A stretch of DNA of 64,000 bases, taken from the human T2T-CHM13v2.0 reference genome, Homo sapiens. Where the stretch lies: NCBI RefSeq assembly GCF_009914755.1, contig NC_060937.1. One strand, given 5' to 3'. Below the pieces are notes generated by a model. It did no database searches, was not told the origin of the DNA, and saw only the letters and a list, made by a program, of their open reading frames with translations. Numbering within the stretch: the stretch's first letter is position 1; every line of letters begins with the position of its first letter. Position numbers and translations under genes: made by a program. Shown here piece after piece: positions 57,096 to 64,000 of this stretch.

Positions 57096-58149
57096 ACTGA
57101 AGTCATCAGTATAATACACTGTGTTGAATAAGTCAATTTATTTCACTCTTCCTCATTACACTATGTACTTTTAAAAGGAAGAGGGTATACATTTTACTTA
57201 TAAGTCATTTAATTCTTATGAGGAAAGATCCTATTGTCTAAGCATATACATTTTGATATGGCTTCTTATATTAAACCAGTGTATTCCTTTATGAAAATTA
57301 GAAGTGTTCTCTCAGAATTCCAGAATGTACATTTAATAAATATCTAAATTGTACTTCACAATGTTTACTTGCCTTTAATGTGAATTTTCTTGCTGTGAAC
57401 TTTCCGTCCATGTAAGAATACTTCTTTTTAGAGCTTTTAGAGCTTGCATTTAGGATTGCAAGCGACATTTATAAAAAATGACTGGCATGCCTGCTGTTAA
57501 ATAGTTGCTTTTTAAAAAATAAATCTTCCCTTCCAGTAAAAATCAACTATCTAAATTAACCCAAATGGAATGGAAATTGCCCTCTCAACTAATTATACAC
57601 TTGGAAATGTTCACTTAAGGATAATTGCCTATTGGTAATTACCCTCACCATTCACCATCTTTAAGAAATAAGGAAGTGATTGCAATATGCTGAGGAATAG
57701 TTGAATGGTGACATTGTAAAAATATCGTAAGCCATTGCTGAGAATACTCAAATACTTATAGGCCTCAGTTTCTCCCCCTAATTGCTTAACATTCCACACT
57801 AGCTGATTCCTCATTTTCTCTCAGTTCCCCTAAATATAGCAGCATTGTCTATTTTTTTCCTATAAAATTTATATTACAATTTCAACAACCTAAAAGTAAG
57901 TCGAATTCTGTTACTCACCTATATTCCATCCCTATGTTTGGGGCTGTTTTTTCTCATATGGAAAAATAATAAGAATATTATTTTATAAAGAGAAAATTTT
58001 AAAAAATTGAGTTGAAAACAAAATTATAGCAATTCCAACACAAATATAGTAGAAAACATTTGGAAGACACGTTAATTAATATATAGAATAGTGATATGGA
58101 TGGAGGACACAGTCTCAGATTATAATTGTCAAAAAAAGTGTAGTCATAC

Positions 58150-58735
58150 ACTGCATTACAACATTTGAGATTTCTCAAAGAACTTAAAACAGAACTACCA
58201 TAGAGCCCAGCAGTCTCATTACTGTGTATATAACCAAAGGCAAATAAATTGTTCTACCAAAAAGATGCATGTACTCTTATGTTTAATCATGGCACTATTC
58301 ACGATAGCAAAGGTCTAGATGCCCATCAACAGTGGACCAGATAAAGAAAATGTGCTACATATACATCATGGAATAATAAACAGTCATGAAACAACAAAAT
58401 CATGCTCTTTGCAACAACACAGATGAAGCTAGAGGCCATTATTCTAAGCAGTTTAATGCAGGAACAGATAACACAATTCTGCATATTTTGTTCTCACTTA
58501 TAATTAGGAGCTAAACATTGAATACAAGGACATAAAGATAGGAACAACAGTCACTGGGGGCTACTAGAGGGGGAAAGGTGGGAGGGGGTCAAAGTTTGAA
58601 AAATTACCTATCTGGTACCCTGCTGTCTACCTGGTTAATGAGATCATTTGTACATCAACCCTCAGCAACATGCAATTTACCCATATAGCAAACCTGCACA
58701 TGTATCTTCGGAACCTAAAATAAAACCTAAAATCC
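58150..58735 (+). mobile_element. L1PB/L1PA15-16-age 3' end
   Basis: TTTCTCAAAGAACTTAAAACAGAACTACCA...GCTAGAGGCCATTATTCTAAGC...AACCTGCACATGTA...GAACCTAAAATAAAA. Confidence 0.85.
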
Positions 58736-59079
58736 TGAAATTTTAATATTTTGGAAAAGTACTTTAAAAATGTATATAAAAACATATGTGTATATATGTA
58801 TCCATATACAATGTATATTTACACAATATACATCTGCATATATATTTTCTTTTGATTCAGATTCCAATATGGTTTGATCAAGCAGTGTTTTCCAAAGTTA
58901 GTTGGTGGCTGATTGGCTCACTTAAAAGATATGATGCTGTCTCTGACTGGTTGACTTTCAGAAACATGTTTATTAAAGTAAATTTTCACTTCAGTGAGTA
59001 GTTAAACAGGCTTAAAACCAACTATGGACTTATAGTAACAATTAAGACGGAATCAGTACACTAAAACGTATTTCCTCAT

Positions 59080-59278
59080 CTCTAAAAACCAAGAAGAGAA
59101 CACAAAATTCATAAAACAACTCCCTAAACACTCTGGAAAGTTCATAATAGCAGGGATATCATAGAAAAGCCAAAGATTGAAGAATGAACATTATAGGAGT
59201 GAATATCCTTTATTTCCTTCTACTTTTATCTCCCATCTTTGACCATAGATGACCTCCATGTAGAAACGCTCATCAGGT
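59080..59278 (+). repeat. Inverted repeat, left arm
   Basis: Reverse complement of 60529-60727. The 177-bp core 59102-59278 has 10 mismatches and no gaps. Confidence 0.97.
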
Positions 59279-60185
59279 TCAGAACATAAATCCTACAAGA
59301 GAAATACTGTCTTTTTGGCCATAAGACCAAGAAAATGCAGCCTTGTGAATATAAGAGTGTGAAATGAATCTTTGTTTATATTTTCTTATATGCATTTATT
59401 TTTACGTTCTCCATGCAGTGGTGTGGTGGCAAAAAAGCCAAAACCCTGAGAGTGAAAAGTATATTTCTGGCCTGAAGAATCAGGAAAAGAAGACATGAGG
59501 TCTAAAGAGGGAGGGAATGATCATCATTTTTTTAACTCTGCTCTTTCTCTTGACATATTTCTCCACTGGTGGCCCTGATATTCCTTTTCATAGCCAGAAA
59601 GAGAAAGTGTAGGGAAATTCTTGTAAAGGGAAAAACTGGAGAAGAGGATCTCCTAACTCTGTGTATGAACTAACACAAGACCCAAGCTGACTCATGTGCT
59701 GTGTATGTGTGGAACAGAACCGAAGTAACACCAAAAGTTTGAAAACTGAATTCAAATTAGAACTACTGTACACAGAAGACAAGACAGAATTTGTATTCTG
59801 AACATGAATGGATTGATTGTCTACTGGAACAACAATAGCAACAAACACAACCTCTTCCAAAGTATATTAATGGGATGCAGAGTCTTACAATATAATGTCC
59901 AAAATATCCAGGATACAATCCAATATTAGTTAATACAAAAACAACTAGGAAGATATGACTGGTTCCCAAGGGGAAAGACAGTCAAGAGCTTCTAAAGCTA
60001 AAATTATCCAAGTGCTATAATCATTAAGGTTTAAAATTATTTAAACTTTACAGCAACCGTTATATCCTCATGTCATTAGATAAAAGTAAACTCTATTTCA
60101 ATGCATGAAAATATAGAATTTTTCAACACAGAAATAGAAAGTGGAAGAATTAATCAAGTAAACATAATAAAAATTGAAGAGCAAT

Positions 60186-60331
60186 CAGGCATGATGGTGT
60201 GTGTCTGTAGCCCCAGCTACTTAGGAGGCTGAGGCAGGAGGATTGCTTGAGGCCAGGAGTTAGAGGCTATGATTGTGCCTCTAAATAGCCACTGCACTTC
60301 AGCCTGGGAAACACAGGAAGACCCTGTCTCT
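60186..60331 (+). mobile_element. FAM (fossil Alu monomer)
   Basis: Single monomer retaining the FAM-specific GCTATGATTGTGCCT..AATAGCCACTGCACT segment. Confidence 0.85.
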
Positions 60332-60529
60332 AGAAAAAGAAAAGAAGAGAAGAGAAGAGGAGAGGAGGGGAGGAAAAGGAAAGGAAAGGGAAAAGGGAAA
60401 GGGAGAGAAGAGGAGAAAGGAGAAAGGAAAGGAAAGGAGAAACGAAAGAAAAAGAGAAAGGAAAGAAAAGGAGAAAGGAAAGGAAGGGAGAAAGGAAAGG
60501 GAAGGGAAAGGAAAAGGAAAAGGAAAGGA
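60332..60529. repeat. ~200-nt polypurine (GGAAA/GAAAA) tract grown from the FAM tail
   Basis: Only A and G apart from a single C near 60443. Confidence 0.95.
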
Positions 60530-60727
60530 CCTGATGAGCGTTTCTACATGGAGGTCACCTATGGTCAAAGGTAGGAGATAAAAGTAGAAGGAAATAAAGG
60601 ACATTCACTCCTATATTGTTCATTCTTCAGTCTTTGGCTTTTCTATGATATCTCTGGTAGTACGAACTTTCCAGAGTGTTTAGGGAGTTGTTTTATGAAT
60701 TTTGTATTTTGTTCACAGTTTTTAGAG
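60529..60727 (-). repeat. Inverted repeat, right arm
   Basis: ACCTGATGAGCGTTTCTACATG...GAATTTTGT...TTTTTAGAG is the reverse complement of 59080-59278. Confidence 0.97.
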
Positions 60728-61132
60728 CTGTTTAAGGAAATAATGACCAAAATATTCCCAGGTTAGTTAATACTCAAATTTTCAGATTCAAGAAGCTCAG
60801 CAAACCCCAAATATGATAAACTCAGAGAAAACAAAGTCCAGATATATCATAATTAGCATCAATATCTTGAGAGCAGCCAGAACAAATAAGTAACATATTA
60901 CATTTAGGGGAATTATGATCTAAACAGTTTGGAGTAAAATATATATAAATTATAAACTCTGAAGTAACCATCAAAAATAATACAAAAAGAGACAAAAAGC
61001 TAATAAATTTAAATAGAATACTAAGATGTTCTAATAATGCAAAAGAATGCAGAAAAGGAACAGGATTTTAAAAAAACAGCATAAGAAATAAAGGTAGAAC
61101 CATATCAATAATTGTGTTGAATGCAAATTTTA

Positions 61133-61460
<328 letters not shown>

Positions 61461-62719
61461 AAACATATAGGGTGTGATATTTAATAATTGATCTGAAAAA
61501 GCAGGGAACCCAGAAAATATAGTAGGCTGAGTTCTGAAGGACTAGATATAAAAGGTGAAAATTAGTAACTCAAAGAAGTTGCACAGAGCAGTTCTAATAC
61601 AGGTTTTATTTAGGAAAAAAAATTCCATAGCATTTTCTTGCTGTGGAATTTGGATTAGAGCCATTCTGATAGTTTTCTGCTATTAAATATATTTGGAGAA
61701 TAGCCATTTGTTTACTGATTTTATTTTGCCAGTTTTCCTATAGTCAGCATAGAAAAAGAAAAATTCTGATATCATGCAAACTTTTTGTTTTGTTTTTTTT
61801 TACGAAAAATAATGTACAGCAAAATCTAATCATTTTTGGTTCCTTCCAATCTAGATTTTAAGCAAATAAAAGTTTTCCACCAACATCTGAGCAAATAAGT
61901 CATTTCCATCCATTTAAGTTCATTTAGATTACCTAAATGTCTTCCTCCTAAAAGATGAGAGATATTAATGAGGCATAAAAACCTAGATAGTCTGATTTAT
62001 CTTTCTGTAAATTATTCTTTTCTCCTAATTTTAATGCTCATAATTTTCAATGACAAAGGGGAACATATGCTTAATTATTCTCCCACTGTTCTCTAAATTA
62101 TTGAATGTTTATTAATGAATACATTTTAATTAGAAAATGCATTTTAATTTTCTCAAGAAATAAAAATTGGAAGAATAACATTTATTTCTTCCCTTCTTAC
62201 ACAGAAGCTGCTACCCTAAATCAATACTTTCTATTTGCATTTGAGCGCTACATCATCATTCTTTTGGATGCATGACTTCGTTCAGGGAGCTATTTTAAAC
62301 TCTTCTTTGCACCAAGAATTTATACAGATTAAATTTTTTTTAAAGGGTTACATTTTTAGGACTAAACTGAACTGAAAATTTAACCTTTTAAATTCTATTC
62401 ATTTGCAGGGAACATTATCTGTTTTAATGATGTAATCTCCCATCTGCTCGCAAATATTAACCTTCATTTATGACTAGAAATGCAGAACTAGAAAAAAATG
62501 CCATTTTCCCATTCTACACAGTGCATTCTTATTTTACCTGAGATACAATTTCAAGAATTGAAAAATTATAATACAATATTTCTCTTTTACCACAATAACA
62601 CGTTGTGGGAAAATGCATATCCATTCAAAGATTAAATTAGAAAAATAGCTTCTGAAACATTATTCATAGCCTATATCTACTTTTAACTCAGATTCCTATT
62701 TTCAAAAGGAATAATCAGA

Positions 62720-62960
62720 GAAAAGGAGCAAAGTTTAAGATCCCAATTCTCTAGATGTCGGTCCTTAATCTGCCACTTATTAGTTGTGTGACTTTGGGCA
62801 AGTTATTTCATTTTTTTCTTGCATCAGATTGATAATCTGTAAATGGGGAATATGACAGGACCTGATTCTTAACGTAGTTATAATGTTTAAATTCATTAAT
62901 AACTGTAGGCACTGAGAATCCTACCAGACACACAAAAAATGCTGTAATAATGTTTGTTTA
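62720..62960 (+). mobile_element. MIR
   Basis: CTGCCACTTATTAGTTGTGTGACTTTGGGCAAGTTATTT...ATCTGTAAATGGGGAAT. Confidence 0.75.
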
Positions 62961-64000
62961 AATACTATCAATCATTTCCAAATATCTGTCTTCAGACAGG
63001 CTTCGGTCCACATTGAAGTTGACTCTACTATGGCCAATGGAGAAAAAGTACATTGACATTAGTCTTTTATAAAATCGTATTTACTTGATGGAATTTTTAT
63101 TTGTTATGAAATAGTATGTTTGCTTATACCATTTATGTGATTTTATGGCCTTTTATGGACAATAATGCCAGTAGTAATCATTATTGTTATATTATGTGTT
63201 TAATATTTAGGAATAAATAAACAGCTGTTACCCATAAGTCATTTTCTATACAGTATCTACAAGTTTATTATACCATGAAATGAAAAGTTTGTAAAACTTT
63301 GAGCTAGGAAACGCCAATTAATATTTCTCTAGTGCTATTCATTTTTGCAACAGCTCTAATGCAGTAGTAACACCATAGTTATCAAATCTGAAGACCTAGG
63401 TTAAAATTTATTTTTATCACTTACTTTGTCACAATAAGCAAATAACTTAGCCTTTCCTAATTTAAATGTTCTTACCTTGAAAACAAGAAAAATATATTTC
63501 TGCTTGCAAAGAATAACTGGTATAGGACTTGGCCTCCCAACAAAAACACCTATAAAATTTGATGAAATACTGTGTCATTATTTTGACACTGAAAAAGAGG
63601 CAGTTTAGGACCATTATCCTTGAGGAAAAGAAAAACAAAAAGGTGAGCTCCCAGACTGCCCTACAGTTGCCCTAGTTTTCTGCCTAAGGGTGACTTACTG
63701 CAGGGAGTAGAGCAGCAAGATGGAACCAAACCCAAAGTCAAAGTCCAGATTTGCAGGCTATGGAGGCCACAGGGATTTATAAGACAAAGTATCTGAGAAG
63801 GGGAAACTGTTGAGGGAAAGGCCACCTAAAAGTCTGTATGGAAGTTACTCAGTCCTTTGTCAATGGATAGGCTTGAAAAGGCAAAGAGCAAAGCACTGTG
63901 GTTTCTGACAGAGAATTGTTGCTGTGGGACAGAGAGATGAACAGTGAAAGGCCAGCAGGGTGAGGGACACTGGAATTACAATTCATCCAGAATAAAAAGA

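Noticed and set aside
60269-60604. Lys/Arg/Glu-rich and Phe/Ser/Pro-rich 101-aa ORFs
   Set aside because: These are translations of the polypurine simple repeat.

Overview
AT-rich, CpG-depleted primate (most likely hominoid) non-coding genomic DNA, either a gene desert or a very large intron. I find no credible host protein-coding gene. The ORF track is random short ORFs plus translated Alu, L1 and HERV-H fragments. About half the window is recognisable interspersed repeat: Alus including FAM/FRAM monomers and an AluYe-like copy, L1s of many ages, L2, MIR, MER20, MER58A, MLT1, and solo ERV1 LTRs (MER41A, LTR27/28-like). The largest element is a 5.55-kb HERV-H provirus on the minus strand (50580-56131, 5-bp TSD AAAGC, LTR7B-type LTRs). 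Its 5' LTR has lost TATA/R/U5 and the PBS, while its 3' LTR is complete. The most unusual signals are DNA-rearrangement scars. (1) A 177-199-bp, ~94%-identical ungapped inverted duplication (59080-59278 / 60529-60727) starts exactly where a ~200-nt polypurine tract ends. (2) An 80-bp insertion built from fold-back pieces, including a perfect 28-bp palindrome, sits between 12-bp direct repeats (38187-38290). (3) A twin-primed (5'-inverted) L1 also carries a 3' transduction and a stuttered junction (32444-34884). Two repeat-free, motif-dense stretches (~10.9-11.2 kb and ~27.2-28.2 kb) are candidate enhancers. Repeat subfamily names and the boundaries of old elements come from recalled consensus sequences and are approximate. 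I see no evidence for a novel protein-coding system.
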